A stretch of 64,000 nt of DNA from Felis catus (Eukaryota): contig NC_058382.1 of assembly GCF_018350175.1 (NCBI RefSeq), positions 32,922,001-32,986,000 on the forward strand, in the 5' to 3' direction. Of this stretch, positions 36,719 to 49,107 are shown piece after piece. The stretch's first letter is position 1. The number at the start of each line of letters is the position of its first letter. A program made the position numbers and the translations under genes. The notes under the pieces were generated by a model. The model saw only the letters and a list, made by a program, of their open reading frames with translations, did no database searches and was not told the DNA's origin.

Positions 36719-37482
36719 TAATCAGTACTCTTAATTATTATTTGATTGAGATGCATAACATTTAACTAAGTTACCTAAGGGCATCAGCTAGAGAATGTCA
36801 GAGCCAGGATTCAAAAGCCACGACAGTCTGGTTTTAGAGCCTGCCCTCTGCCCTCCCCACCTTACCTGTCATCCGCTGCCCCTCCCGGGAGGGTCTTTTC
36901 CCTTCCACCGTCTCCGTGGCTGAGCAAAACTGAGCAAGTCAACTGAAGCGGGTGTAACCACAGTAGAGCGGTGGGGACTGAGGTGCCAACAAGGATAATA
37001 GCAGCTAAACCGTCTATTGATGTCCACCGTCAGCAGCTTAGCTAAGCTTTCACGCGTCATGTTGATGGCACCGCTGTGAAGCTGGGACTTTCACGGCAGA
37101 AGAAGACCCTGTGGCCACACGGCAGGTCCATCCATCAGTGACCAAGCTTTCTCCAGATGGCTTGAGTCCACACATCAAAACAAGTCCCCTAGGGCTGAAG
37201 GATGGTCCGTCGGTTTCCGCGTTATTTCCCGGTACAGTTGTTGAGAAACAGCTGAGTGGAGAGGCCCAGGTGACCCCTTCCCTGGCTTGGCTCAGCTTGC
37301 CATTCACATCAGGCTGGCGTACCTCCCCCAGCCTCTCCTGCAGGCTGCAGGGGGATTCCTCTTGAGGGCCTCTTTCCTTATGGTGCAGAGAGTTTCAGCT
37401 TGTTAACTTTCATGGGATGGGGGAATTAGATGGCAAACTTCTTTTCCTCTCTGTTTTTAATTACTGTCATTCTGCCTGCCCT

Positions 37483-37642
37483 NNNNNNNNNNNNNNNNNN
37501 NNNNNNNNNNNNNNNNNNNNNNNNNNNNNNNNNNNNNNNNNNNNNNNNNNNNNNNNNNNNNNNNNNNNNNNNNNNNNNNNNNNNNNNNNNNNNNNNNNNN
37601 NNNNNNNNNNNNNNNNNNNNNNNNNNNNNNNNNNNNNNNNNN
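37483..37642. other. Assembly gap (160 N)
   Basis: Run of N. Confidence 1.
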
Positions 37643-38480
37643 TCTGAGATAAAATGTATGAGTCATAAACCCCCTGGGTACTCATTCTCTGACCATTTTC
37701 CTTTCACAAGTAAGACTGCTTACTGAGTTCAGAACAACTCAGAACAACTATTTGGAGTAACTATTTCAGTGGCAATTATACCAAAAATGATTTGTTAGGT
37801 AGTCATAACTTTACCTGTCAATTTTAATGATGTTATCTGCTTTTGGTGTTTAATCTTTTTCTTTTTTAGAATACACACCGTATCTCCCTTTCCCCGATAT
37901 TATACCTGTTTCCTTTTTTTTGCAAAAATGTTTGGAAGCATTTAAGTATGATTTTATAAAAGAATAGCTATTGAAATGTATCAGAATGTGACCATTTAAA
38001 TTATTTTCCTTCTCGGTTTTCCATTAGCCAAATTAATGCCCAAATTCCACGGATTAGCCAGTTCACAGCACTTCTTCTAGAAATGAGTTGCTTTTTGATG
38101 CCACTGACATCCCCAAAGAGGGCAGAGACCTTGACTTTTTGAATAGAGCACAAGTCTTGAAAGACCTTGGTTTCAGTAGATCAACTCTCCTGTTTACTTT
38201 CCGTAAAAGTCACTTAAGTCCCCTGTGCCTTCATCACTGAGACAGACTCCTGCAGATGAACCTCTATTTTGGATGTTAAAAAAGAACATTCAAAGAACAT
38301 GTTAATAGCTTGCCTGATTCAGAAACATAAAGTGGTCTATTAATGCAAAATAATGTTGCTGTTGCAAAGCATGATTTGGGCTCAGTCTGGTAGCTTTCTC
38401 ATCACTGAGACCTATTTCTTTCTCCAGGAGTTGTTTGTTAGTCTAACGTGCTGTGAAATAGACTCAGGGTTATCAGAGGA

Positions 38481-38693
38481 TTTTTTTTTTCAACGTTTAT
38501 TTATTTTTGGGACAGAGAGAGACAGAGCATGAACGGGGGAGGGGCAGAGAGAGAGGGAGACACAGAATCGGAAACAGGCTCCAGGCTCTGAGCCATCAGC
38601 CCAGAGCCTGACGCGGGGCTCGAACTCACGGACCGCGAGATCGTGACCTGGCTGAAGTCGGACGCTTAACCGACTGCGCCACCCAGGCGCCCC
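38481..38693 (-). mobile_element. Very young SINEC_Fc-type SINE without a clear TSD
   Basis: Carries the majority base of the young copies in this window at nearly every position; flanks do not match. Confidence 0.95.
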
Positions 38694-39280
38694 TAATTTT
38701 TAAAAAAGAAATAGAACTAGAACATGGGGTTAAAAATCCTTTTATTTTGATAGCTAGCTGATTCAAAGTCTAGGCTCCTTTTGCTGTATAAACTCAATAA
38801 AGTTCTCTCCATCCAAACAGAAGAGGATAGAGGGGCTTCAGAATTGAGGGTGGCATTATACTTCAGAAACATCAGGTTATCGGAGGCTTGACATGCAAAC
38901 TCTGATGGTTAACTTAGTTAGCCTTCTAAACCTCTACCTCAGTTCGTAAATCCAAGACCCCAAAGATAGAAAGAGGCCCACGACTCAGAGATCTCATGAT
39001 AGGATGATTATATATTGTACCTTCTACTTGTCTTTATTGATCATAAGTCAATGGGGCTCAGAAGGGGCTCAGCTTCTCAAGACTGTGAATTTGCATACCA
39101 GAATTAAAGGTTAAAATCGTTTGAAAAGCCAGTAAGAAAAAGTCATGAGCAATAGCATTTTTAAGCATTTTTTTATTATAAAAAATAACAGCAATAGAGA
39201 AAAGTGAATGAAACATAAACATAGAGCATCACAAGCTTTTGTAAAGTGAACACTGTTCAGGTCAAGAAATAGAGCTTTTC

Positions 39281-39479
39281 GGGGAGCCTGGGTGACTCAG
39301 TCAGCTGAGAGTCTGACTCTTATTTTTGGCTCGGGTGACGATCTCACACGGTTCAGGTGTTCAAGCACCGCATGGGGCTCTGCGCTGTCAGCTGGGGAAT
39401 CTCTCTCTCTCCCTGTCTCTCTGCCCCTCCTCCCTTCTCTCTCTCTCTCTCAAAATAAATAAATAAACTTAAAAAAAAA
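39281..39479 (+). mobile_element. Can-SINE
   Basis: Perfect 17-bp TSD aagaaatagagcttttc at 39264 and 39480. Confidence 0.92.
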
Positions 39480-39576
39480 AAGAAATAGAGCTTTTCAGGA
39501 AACCCTTGTGCACCCCTTCCCAGGGACAACCCCCTTCTCTCTCCTAAAGCGGGCATGACGGACCTGACTTTAAAAG

Positions 39577-39670
39577 TCCAACATGGGGTTTGTTCTCGCG
39601 AACCATGAGATCATGACCTGAGCCAAAATCACGAGTGAGACGCTCGACGGACTGAGCCACCCACGTGTGC
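39577..39670 (-). mobile_element. Short Can-SINE fragment (head only)
   Basis: gaaccatgagatcatgacctgagccaaaatcacgag...ctgagccaccc. Confidence 0.75.
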
Positions 39671-40274
39671 CTAGCTAACCTGACGTTCAAAGGACTCTCT
39701 ACCTCGCTTTACTTGTTAGCATCTCACCACAAAGTACCATCGTTAAATATCATGTGTTAGCTTTGGCCGAGTTTTTGAACTTCATATAACGGACTCATAC
39801 GAATATGCATTCTTGTGTATCTGGCTGTTTTCATTCAACGTTACGGCTTTAAGATCCGACCACATGGCTACAACACAGCTGTTTGTTCATCTTCTCGGCC
39901 GTAGAGCTGCTCTGTTCCATGAAAATGCTACGCATCCCCATGTCTGCTGCCGACAGACTCGGGTCGTTGGCACTGTCACCCGTCATAACTAAGGTCGCTG
40001 TGAACAGTCTTATTCATGTCTCCCAGAACAAACACACCATGCACAAATTTCTCTAGGTTATAGACTTCGGAAGAGAATCGACAGGTCACGGCGTATGTAC
40101 ATCCTCGACTCTACTAAATGAAGGAAAAACTGTCTTCCAAAGCGGCTGTATGATTCCTAAGAGTCGAGTAATGGGAGTTTGCAACGATCGTATCGTTAAG
40201 GTCCTATATTAATCGGCATCGTGCCAAAAGAAGATGTGTCTCTATTTACGGGGTTTTTTTTTTCTCTCTTCTAG

Positions 40275-40459
40275 AGGAATTTAAAAGTTTTGCCCTAAAG
40301 CATCCACAGTATGCGAAGATATTTACAACCTACTTAGACCTCCAGACGTGCCATGTGTTTTCATTACCAAAAGAAGCCCAGGCAGCTCCCTTGATCGCCA
40401 GCAATAAAGTCAGTCCCGAAAATCACGACGAGAGCACCTCAGACAAAAAGGATGATTAA
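40275..40459 (+). CDS. LPCAT2: LPCAT2 last coding exon (exon 14), 185 coding nt to TAA
   Basis: ttctag|AGGAATTT...GATGATTAA; encodes (E)EFKSFALKHPQYAKIFTTYLDLQTCHVFSLPKEAQAAPLIASNKVSPENHDESTSDKKDD*; KKxx ER-retrieval motif; six exons sum to 783 nt = 261 codons with no internal stop. Confidence 0.97.
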
Positions 40460-42210
40460 AAGCAAATATTCACAAGGAAAGTCATTTACTTGAAGTTGTA
40501 AAGGCATTTATTGATAGCATTTTCAGTGTGACTTTTGAGTAATGATGAAATAAAATGATAGATTTTTTTTATTAAAAGGCTTTTATTCTTACACGTATAT
40601 GAAGTAATATACGTATGAAGGGAATACGTATTATTCCCTTTCTTTTATGTTGTGCTGTGCTGGTTGGTTTACTGGTGATAAATACGTTTTTATGGCTTTC
40701 CCAGCTTAATTTGCATATGCAAATGAACACAACGGTCTCACTTATTTACTGATGAGTGCTAATCAACACTGTAAAAAGTCTTAAAGAGGGTAAACACTTT
40801 TTAAACCTACTTCCCTCTAAAGAAATGAAGTAATATTGTTATCTCGAATCCCTTCCCGTTCTGGAAATGAGTGAGAAGTCTAAGGAACATTGTGGAATTT
40901 CATGCCGTTAATTTCACAGGTGCATTATTTCTATTTCCAATTCAGTTTCTTGGATCACTGAATTTGCTGGATTGGAAGGGAGGGAGAGCTTCGTTAATTC
41001 AGTGAGCCTTCTTAAAACTCATATTCTCTCTCTTGCACCTTTATGGAAGATTTCCTTAACCGCCTGCTAAGGAAATTATACCATTTTGCATGACCTACAG
41101 TTTAGAACCTTGTTTTAAAGACCCAGGCTGCGGCCAAAGGCCAAGCGGGAATTGCCCTATTGCAAGTAACCTTAATTACCTGCTGAGAAAATGAATCATT
41201 TGCCACAGGGTCTAGTTTGAGTTGCATAGTTCAGAATGTAGGGCTTGCCCACTAAATGAGTCAGATCTGCCTTCCTTATATAGTATTAGAATTGACATAT
41301 TTTACAATCCAAGTGGGATGGTAAGCGTCCTCACAAATTTTACAGCTTGTCTGAGATGTCTACAGGCAAAACACAAAGGGTTCCAAAATATCGAAAGTTA
41401 AGGAATCTGAAAACCTACTTTATTAGTGTAAAGAATTTAACCCCCATGCGGGAATCTGGCCGTGACATCTTTCCTTTAGGTTAGGCAGCAAGTTCCTTCA
41501 AGTGCCATTTTGATTGGATGTCATGCATCGTACATATGGTTGATATCACCTGTGTTTGAAATTTTGAACGAAGACCCAGTTGCTACAATGTACAAAAATA
41601 GTTGGCTCACTTCTGAATTCTGTCTTCGAATCCAGTCTCTTTGTTTGGGCTGTGTTTCCGAATATATTGGCGATTTACCCCCGAACTCATTTTTCAATGC
41701 CATTATTGAAGTTGGAAAGCCTCGCAAGAGGTGGGTGATCATTTCAAGCCGGTTTTACACATGAAGCAGTTGGTGCTCTAAGTGAATGAGCACATTCGGA
41801 GCATCGCTTCCCGAAATGTTTTATACTTAAGCACGTATGATCGTTTGCTTTTTCATATGCCTTAAAGCTGTTTAGACAAAGTATTGAATGAGCTGGAAAG
41901 CATTGCTTAAGTAATTAGAAAAGTATCTGTCCCGAATAGTGCCTGAGTGTGCGATAGAATGCACGTACTACTCAGGTACCACGATCGCTGTTTATCATAG
42001 AAAGGCTGCATATTACTCCTATTAGTTACGAAAAAGTAGCATTATAAATGGGAAGTTTCCTATGAGCCTCCTGAAAACGATCCCACTGTTTTCCCACTTT
42101 AAGCTAATATTTTGTGCTCCTTAAGTCCACTTCTGCCAATGTAATATCCCTATTTTATTATGTTACTGAATAAATAAACTTGCTACGTAAAATTCTTGGC
42201 AATTAAAAAG
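40460..42210 (+). other. LPCAT2: LPCAT2 3' UTR (minimum plausible extent; true end uncertain)
   Basis: AT-rich, repeat-poor sequence after the stop; AATAAA at 40549, 42169 and 42173, ATTAAA at about 42202. Confidence 0.55.
42169..42207 (+). terminator. Candidate LPCAT2 polyadenylation signals
   Basis: Overlapping AATAAATAAA then ATTAAA, followed by GT/T-rich sequence. Confidence 0.45.
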
Positions 42211-42650
42211 TTCTGGTTCTGCCATTTTGTCTCAAAGGTAATACACCTTTTTAATATCATGGTTTGAATGCGTTTGCATATTTATGAGCATGATTAATCA
42301 TTCTTGTTTGCCTTTAAGCTTTATGAAATGTCAGGCATGATCTTACTCTAATGAAAAACTCAAATTTTAGCTAAAGGTGCCATAGCTCCTATTCTTAAAG
42401 AAGTTGACTTTGGCCAGTGGGGTGTGTATAACCACAGTCACGATCATCAGTATCCCTACAGTCTAGGTTCTTCTGGAAGCCATCATAGCAAAGATTGCCT
42501 TCAAAGAGACTTTTCTCCTCTTAGAACTTGAAGTAAGGAATTAAGTTTCATTAAATCAGTTAAATGCACTGTGGTTTCCTATAATAGCTTGAAAAAAAAA
42601 AGTTATTTTTTGAAAGGAGAAATACTAGATCCTAAGACCTAAAAACTACA

Positions 42651-42781
42651 GGGGCGCCTGGGTGGCTCGGTCGGTTGGTTAAGCATCCAACTCTTGATTT
42701 CAGCTCAGGTCACGGTCTCGTGGTTTCATGAGTTTGAGTCACACATTGGGTTCCTCACTGGCAGTGTGGAGCCTGCTTGGG

Positions 42782-42825
<44 letters not shown>

Positions 42826-42905
42826 TTTCTCTCTGCCCTCCAGCTCACTCTCTCTCTCCTTCTCCCAAAAATAAATAAACAAATGCAACTGAAAAAAAAA
42901 ATTAA
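42651..42905 (+). mobile_element. Older Can-SINE with (TC)n, in or just after the LPCAT2 3' UTR
   Basis: ggggcgcctgggtggctcgg...aaaaataaataaac; tail carries sense AATAAA. Confidence 0.9.
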
Positions 42906-44779
42906 AAATCCAAAAAACTCGAAAGCTTTGGATCAGAACAGTTCTGTTGAAGAACGATCATGTGCTGAATGCTTGTAGACCAAATTGCTGGCATTATGCG
43001 TATTTCATACCCCTCTGCCGCTGCTTCTCGAGTTTCGGAGGGCTGGCCGTGCCTGTTAGTAGTGGTACCCATCACGGATATTTCAAAGAGACCGCCTCCC
43101 TTTTAGAAGACGTACGGTCTGCGGTCCGCGTGAGGCACAAACAGTACAGAAATCTGATTCCCAGACTCGGGGACCCTCCCCTTCACGCTACCGCAAATGC
43201 AAGATGGGGAATCGGCCCACCGGGCGAGGTGGACAGGTGGGCTCCCTACCCCAAAACCCTTTGTGTGTTTGTTTGTATATACCAATCACCAAAGTGGATA
43301 AGAAGCCACCAGTGAGAAACCACTCCGCGGGGAAGCAGACCTACTCACCATCTTTCCCCTCTTCTTCCTGTTCTCCTGAAGAGACTTCAATTTTTGCGGT
43401 TGTTGTTATACCAGAGTATTAAATCAGCACTGCTTGTGGTTTGACAGAGGTGAAGGCCCTCGCGAAGTTCTTGCTATGTTGCCAATACACACGTCACAAA
43501 CCCGAGTAAACAGGGTAGTGGCCTGAAGAGCTCATGTCCCTTTTAGCCCTTTCAACGTAGCACTTGTGTCTAGGTCACCCGTCACCTTGTCGGGTGTGTG
43601 TGTAAGGGGCTCTAACCAGCTGTCTCCCCGACACTGGGATATCAGCTCGCTAGTTTTTCTAACGTGGACCTTATCGTTTTCTTATCATTCCTCTGAAAGA
43701 GTCTCTGTACATTAGAAAAAATAAAAACAAAGAAAGAGAGAGAAGAGAATGAATAGAAAAATCACGGTTGCTTCCACCACCCCAAATCTGCAATTACGAA
43801 TGTTTTGACATGTTTTATTTCACTTTTTTTTCCCAAATATTCTTACATTCTCAAGATAAGAGCGTGCATGGTATTCTACACTCTACTGTTTCACTTGGAA
43901 TATGACATTTTCCAAGGTCATTCGGTTTTCCTGCGAATGTGAATTTTTCGGTGTACCTAATGTTTCTTCAGATAGCACTAAGATGACACGTGTGATCATT
44001 CTTCCATACTGAACATGTGAGTTGGGTTTTCGTTTTGGGTTCTGTCTGACTCCAAAGGCCAGGCTTCTTAATTATTTACATATAGCATCACTGTTGCCTG
44101 ATTTCTAGAATTGATAGAGTGATGTCTGCCATATGTGGGGTCTAGATACCAAATTTTGACTGAGTTCATAAATGGAAGAAAGACAGAGGTGGTTGGGATG
44201 GGAATAGATGGGTGAACTGAGGCCCAGGATAGGCGGGCTGAAAATCCAGAAACCTTCCCATGTGAATAATCGAAGGGACTGTCAATCAATGGCAGGGTCA
44301 ACTTCAGGACGCTACAGTAATCTTTTTCCTTTGTGGGTAGTGAAGGAGCATCAATCCCCTGCTTCTTCTGGGTCCCCCTGCTGTGGGACACAGTACATCT
44401 CTGCTCGCAGAATAATGTCATATGATCATCAAGGTCGAGTGTAGGGAACTGAGCACTAACTCACAACTGTAGTATCTAGGACCTTCATTCGCACTGTTGT
44501 GGAGCACCCCCTTTGCTGTTCTCGCCTACACCTTCGGCCTCCTATAAATTCCCTTGCCGGGCAGAGAGAACAGCGACTGTTACAAAGCACAAACCAGTTA
44601 TCACTTCTCCAGTTAAATTCTTTCTAATGCTCCCCATTGCAGTTTGGATACAATCCCAAATATTCCACACGGCCCACAAGGCCCCACATGGTCTGGCCCC
44701 CCTGGAGGTGTAGACGTCAACCGTTAACCGTCTTCTGTCTCTTCACCTGGTTCGCTTTTCTTCATTCAGATTAAAAAAG

Positions 44780-44905
44780 AAACAAAGGCTTCATTGAGAT
44801 CATGATTTACGTACATCATACAATTTACCCATTTAAAGTGTACAACTCAGTGCTTTTTTTAGAATGTTCAGAGTTGTGCAACTATCACATCTAATTTTTA
44901 GAATG
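44780..44905 (-). mobile_element. Old L1MB-like 3' terminal fragment
   Basis: ttcattgagatcatgatttacgtacatcatacaatttacccatttaaagtgtacaactcagtg. Confidence 0.7.
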
Positions 44906-44919
44906 TTTGAGTTTATTTA

Positions 44920-45140
44920 CATTTTATTTATTTTTTTAATGTTTATCTTTGAGAGAGAGAGAAAGAGAGACAGAGCATGAGTGGGGGAGGGGCAGAGAGA
45001 GAGGGAGACACAGAATCGGAAGCAGGCTCCAGGCTCCGAGCTGTTGCACAGAGCCTGACGCGGGGCTCAAACTCAAGAACAGTGAGATCATGACCTGAGC
45101 CAAAGTCAGATGCTTAACCGACTGAGCCATCCAGGCACCC
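44920..45140 (-). mobile_element. Can-SINE
   Basis: TSD tga(g/a)tttattta at 44908 and 45141. Confidence 0.92.
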
Positions 45141-45891
45141 TGAATTTATTTAGATTGTAAATCGAACATCAGGTCATCAAATAGGAATCCCCCACTGCCC
45201 ATCAAAAAAGCCCACTCCACCTCTACAGGCATTCTGAATCCTGCTGCCCTTGAATTTAAACTTCTGTGACATTATTTGTTTGCATATTTACTGTCTCTTA
45301 TTCCTACCACTTAACAGGTGTGCCTTACACAGAGCAAACACTATTTTGTGAATGAACAACAATAACATTAGGTTTCATTTCATGTGCCTCGCATTGTATG
45401 AGAACAGAGATCATCTTCACAATAAACCTGAAAAACTGGCATTATGAGATCCCTAGACTCATGCAGAGAGGTTCCATCACTTGGTCAAGAGTTACATAAC
45501 CGGCGAGTACCCGGGCTGGAATTCAAACCCAAGCCTGTCTGGCTTTAAAAGAGGGGACTTTTGATGGGGCCAAGGTAACTTGAGTGCATAAAATAACTAG
45601 AGAATTATGCGGCCGGTTTCAGTTTCCAGAAACATGGAAACTAGATAATCTGAGAACCCTCTGGCCACAAAACCCATAGAATGCTGAGCAAAATGTCACA
45701 AACATGTTCAAAATGCTAGCTGAGCATGCAGAATAGGAAGGGAAACCCTGGCCGGCCAAGAATGGAAAGAGAGTTGGAAACCAGAACTATGTGAAGGCAT
45801 AAAAGTTCCAGGTCACAGGCGGACATTTGTCAGTCTCAGTAACAAGGGGCTTAGTATTTTGCTGCCCTACGAGGCAAAAGACAAGGTTTTT

Positions 45892-46129
45892 GTTTTTGTT
45901 TTTTTAAATTTTTAAAAAAATTTTTTTTTTCAACGTTTATTTTTGGGACAGAGAGAGACAGAGCATGAACGGGGGAGGGGCAGAGAGAGAGGGAGACACA
46001 GAATCGGAAACAGGCTCCAGGCTCTGAGCCATCAGCCCAGAGCCCGACGCGGGGCTCGAACTCACGGACCGCGAGATCGTGACCTGGCTGAAGTCGGACG
46101 CTTAGCCGACTGCGCCACCCAGGTGCCCC
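45892..46129 (-). mobile_element. Young SINEC_Fc-type SINE
   Basis: Perfect 16-bp TSD aaaagacaaggttttt at 45876 and 46131. Confidence 0.95.
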
Positions 46130-46369
46130 TAAAAGACAAGGTTTTTAAATGAGGTGAGGATCTGGGACCAAGGTCTCAGGGGAGACACACAGATGCCTGA
46201 AGGGCTATACTCTCAGGAGAAGAATAAACCAGAAAAATGCAACTTCTGGCAAAGGAAGACTAATGAGGGAGTTTTTCTGTCTTGGCCTGGGTTCTAGGCT
46301 AGGGGTGAAAACTTTCCTCCGGTCTTTCTTCTTCTTATTTTTTTCATGTCTGTCCCTTTCAATGTTTTA

Positions 46370-47970
46370 AGACTCATTTTATGGTTCAGCCTACGGTACA
46401 TCTTGGGGACTGTCCCATGTGTACCTGTAAAGAATGAGGATTCGACAAGTGTTGGGGGTAATGTTCTCTAAATGTAAGTTAGGTCCAGTGACTTGATAAC
46501 TCGAGATGTCCTCTCCACCTTGCTGATTGTTTGTCGATTCTAGCAGTTACTGAAAGAAGGATGTTGAAAACTCTGACTTTTATCAACTGTCAGTTTGAAG
46601 CTCTGCCATTAAGTTCATGACCATTTTTTATTGTTATGTCATCTTGATGAACTGACCCTTTTACCGTTATGAATATTTCTCTGTAATTCCAATAATACCA
46701 CTTATGCTGTCAGTAAGTAACTGCTTAACCATGCTAGCTTTCTTAGGACTAGTGTTTGCCTGGTTTATCTTTTTCCTTCCTTTTCCTTTTAACCCATCTG
46801 TGTCTTTATACGGAATATGCATCTCTTAAATAAATAGTTTGTGTAGGTGCCTGGGTGGCTCAGTCAGTTAAGTGTCCGACTTCAGCTCAGGTCATGATCT
46901 CAAGGTTCGTGAGTTCGAGCCCCGCATTACAGGCTCTGCACTGAACAGTCAGGAGCAGGCTGAGGTCGCTCTCTCTCCCTTGCTCTCTGCCCCTCCCCCA
47001 CTGGCTCACTCTCTTTCTCTCAAACTAAATAAGCTTTAAAAAAATGAGTATTTTGTGGTCCATTTGGATCTTACTTTTTATCTATCTTGTCTGGCAATTT
47101 CTGTCCTTTCATTGGAACGTTTAGTCTCCTTCCGTTTAATAGAATTATTGATGTGATTGGATTTGAGTCTGTATCATCTTGCTTTTTGTTTTCTAGTCCA
47201 TTTTTTCTTTGATCTTTTTCTTTCTGACTTATTTTGGACTAATTTTTTTTTTTTTTTTTTTATTTTAGTATCTTGTCATTTTATATTTTCTTTTGGCTCA
47301 TTAGCTATACTTACTTACTTTTAGTAAGTAAATAGTGGTTGTTCCAGAGCTTATAATATATACTTTTCGCTTAATATTGTCTACTTTCAAATACAAGTAC
47401 GTTAATTCCCTTATCATGTAGGAAGCTCGGGGTGCTTTCATGTCATTCTGTCCTGCCGTTTGGACCCTTGTCATGTATCTTCTATGTGTTTTCAACACCG
47501 CAAGACACATTTATCATTTCTGTTCAAAACGGTCAAGTAAAAACTTGAGGGAAAAAAAGGTCTGTCTACATATTTACTATTTCCGGCACTCTCTATTTCA
47601 ATTTCTTGGTATGATTCTACCTTTCCATCGTTTTTCCCCAGCCTGAAGAATGTCCTTGAGCAATTCTTAGAGGGCAAGATGCCTGACAATAAATTCTCTC
47701 TGCTTTCTTTTGTCTAAATATGTCTTGATTTTGCCTTCATTAAAGACTTATTTTTGCCAGATACAGAATTCTGTGTTGACTTCCTTTTCCCTTCCAGTTC
47801 TGTAAAGATTCCATTGACCTCTTCCTTTCATTGTGTCTGATGAGAAGTCAAAAGGAATTCTTTTCGTGGTTCTCTTGTATATAATGTATTTTTATCACTG
47901 GGCTACTTTTTTTCTTTTTTTTACATTTTTTCTTTATTACTAGTGTTGAGAAACTTTAGTATGATTTCCC
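46370..47970 (-). mobile_element. Ancient L1 ORF2 endonuclease and inter-ORF region
   Basis: Antisense L1 EN-region motifs gtcccatgtgtacctgtaaagaatg, gttctctaaatgtaagttaggtcc, aactgacccttttaccgttatg, gatgagaagtca. Confidence 0.7.
46846..47045 (+). mobile_element. Can-SINE
   Basis: ggtgcctgggtggctcagtcagttaagtgtccgac...aaactaaataagc. Confidence 0.88.
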
Positions 47971-48625
47971 TCAACGGTAACATCTTGAAAAACTACTGTA
48001 GAATATCACAGCCAGGGTAATGACATTAATACAGTCAAGACACAATATTCCATCCACTATAAGAATTCCTCATTTGGCTCTTTACAGCCACCTGGCCCTT
48101 TCCCCCCACCCCCCCTTCCCATCTCCCCTTAGCCTCGGGCAACCACGCGTATTTCCCCCATGTCTGTATCTTTGTGGTTTCAAGAAGGTTACATCAATGG
48201 AATCACACAGTATGTAACTTTGGGCTGCTGATTCTATCAGGAACGTGTTCCTTCCTATTCCGTGACATGGATGTACCACAGCTTATTTCACCTTTCACCC
48301 ACTGGGGGACATCTGGGTTGTTTCCTGTTTATTATCATTTTCTGAGTAAAACGGCCATAAACTTTTATGGGCAGGCTTTGTGTGAACATAAGCTTTCGTT
48401 TCTCTGGGATAAATGCCTGAAAGTGCAATTGCTGAGGAACAGAGTGTTGCACAGAGTGTTGGTTTTTGTTGTTTTGTTTTTGTTTTTGTTGTTTTGTTTT
48501 TGTTTTTGTTTTTGTTTTTGTTTTTGGAAACTGCCAAACTATTATAGCTGTACCATTTTACCTTCACACCAGCGATGAGTGGTCTAGTTTCTCCACATCC
48601 TTGTAATATTTGGTGTGGTCACTCT

Positions 48626-48851
48626 TCTTTTTCTTTTTTTTTTTTAATTTTTTTTGACATTTATTCATTTTTGAGAGACAGCGAGAGACAGAACACAAGT
48701 GGGGGAGGGGCAGAGAGAGAGGGAGACACAGAATCTGAAGCAGGCCCCAGGCTCTGAGCCGTCAGCCCAGAGGGACTAGAACCCACGAACTGCAAGATCA
48801 TGACCTGAGTCGAAGTTAGATGCTTAACTGACTGAGCCACCCAGGTGCCCC
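48626..48851 (-). mobile_element. Can-SINE
   Basis: Full-length antisense copy. Confidence 0.9.
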
Positions 48852-48869
48852 TCTTGTGCCCACATTTTA

Positions 48870-49107
48870 TTTTATTTTTTTAAATTATTATTATTATTTT
48901 TTTTAACGTTTATTTATTTTTGAGACAGAGAGAGACAGAGCGTGAACAGGGGAGGGGCAGAGAGAGAGGGAGACACAGAATCTGAAACAGGCTCCAGGCT
49001 CTGAGCTGTCAGCACAGAGCCTGCCGCGGGGCTCGAACTCACAGACCGCGAGATCGTGACCTGAGCCGAAGTCGGACGCTTAACCGACTGAGCCACCCAG
49101 GTGCCCC
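48870..49107 (-). mobile_element. Can-SINE
   Basis: TSD ttgtgccca(c/t)atttta at 48854 and 49108. Confidence 0.92.

Larger units (their letters stand above)
39160..40150 (-). mobile_element. Ancient L1 (L1ME-like) 3' region interrupted by two SINEs
   Basis: ttgaacttcatataacggactcatacgaatatgcattcttgtgtatctggctgttttcattcaac; aactgtcttccaaagcggctgta. Confidence 0.65.

Noticed and set aside
40593-40631. Three ACGTAT motifs in a degenerate tandem in the proximal 3' UTR
   Set aside because: Irregular period and no RNA element I can name.
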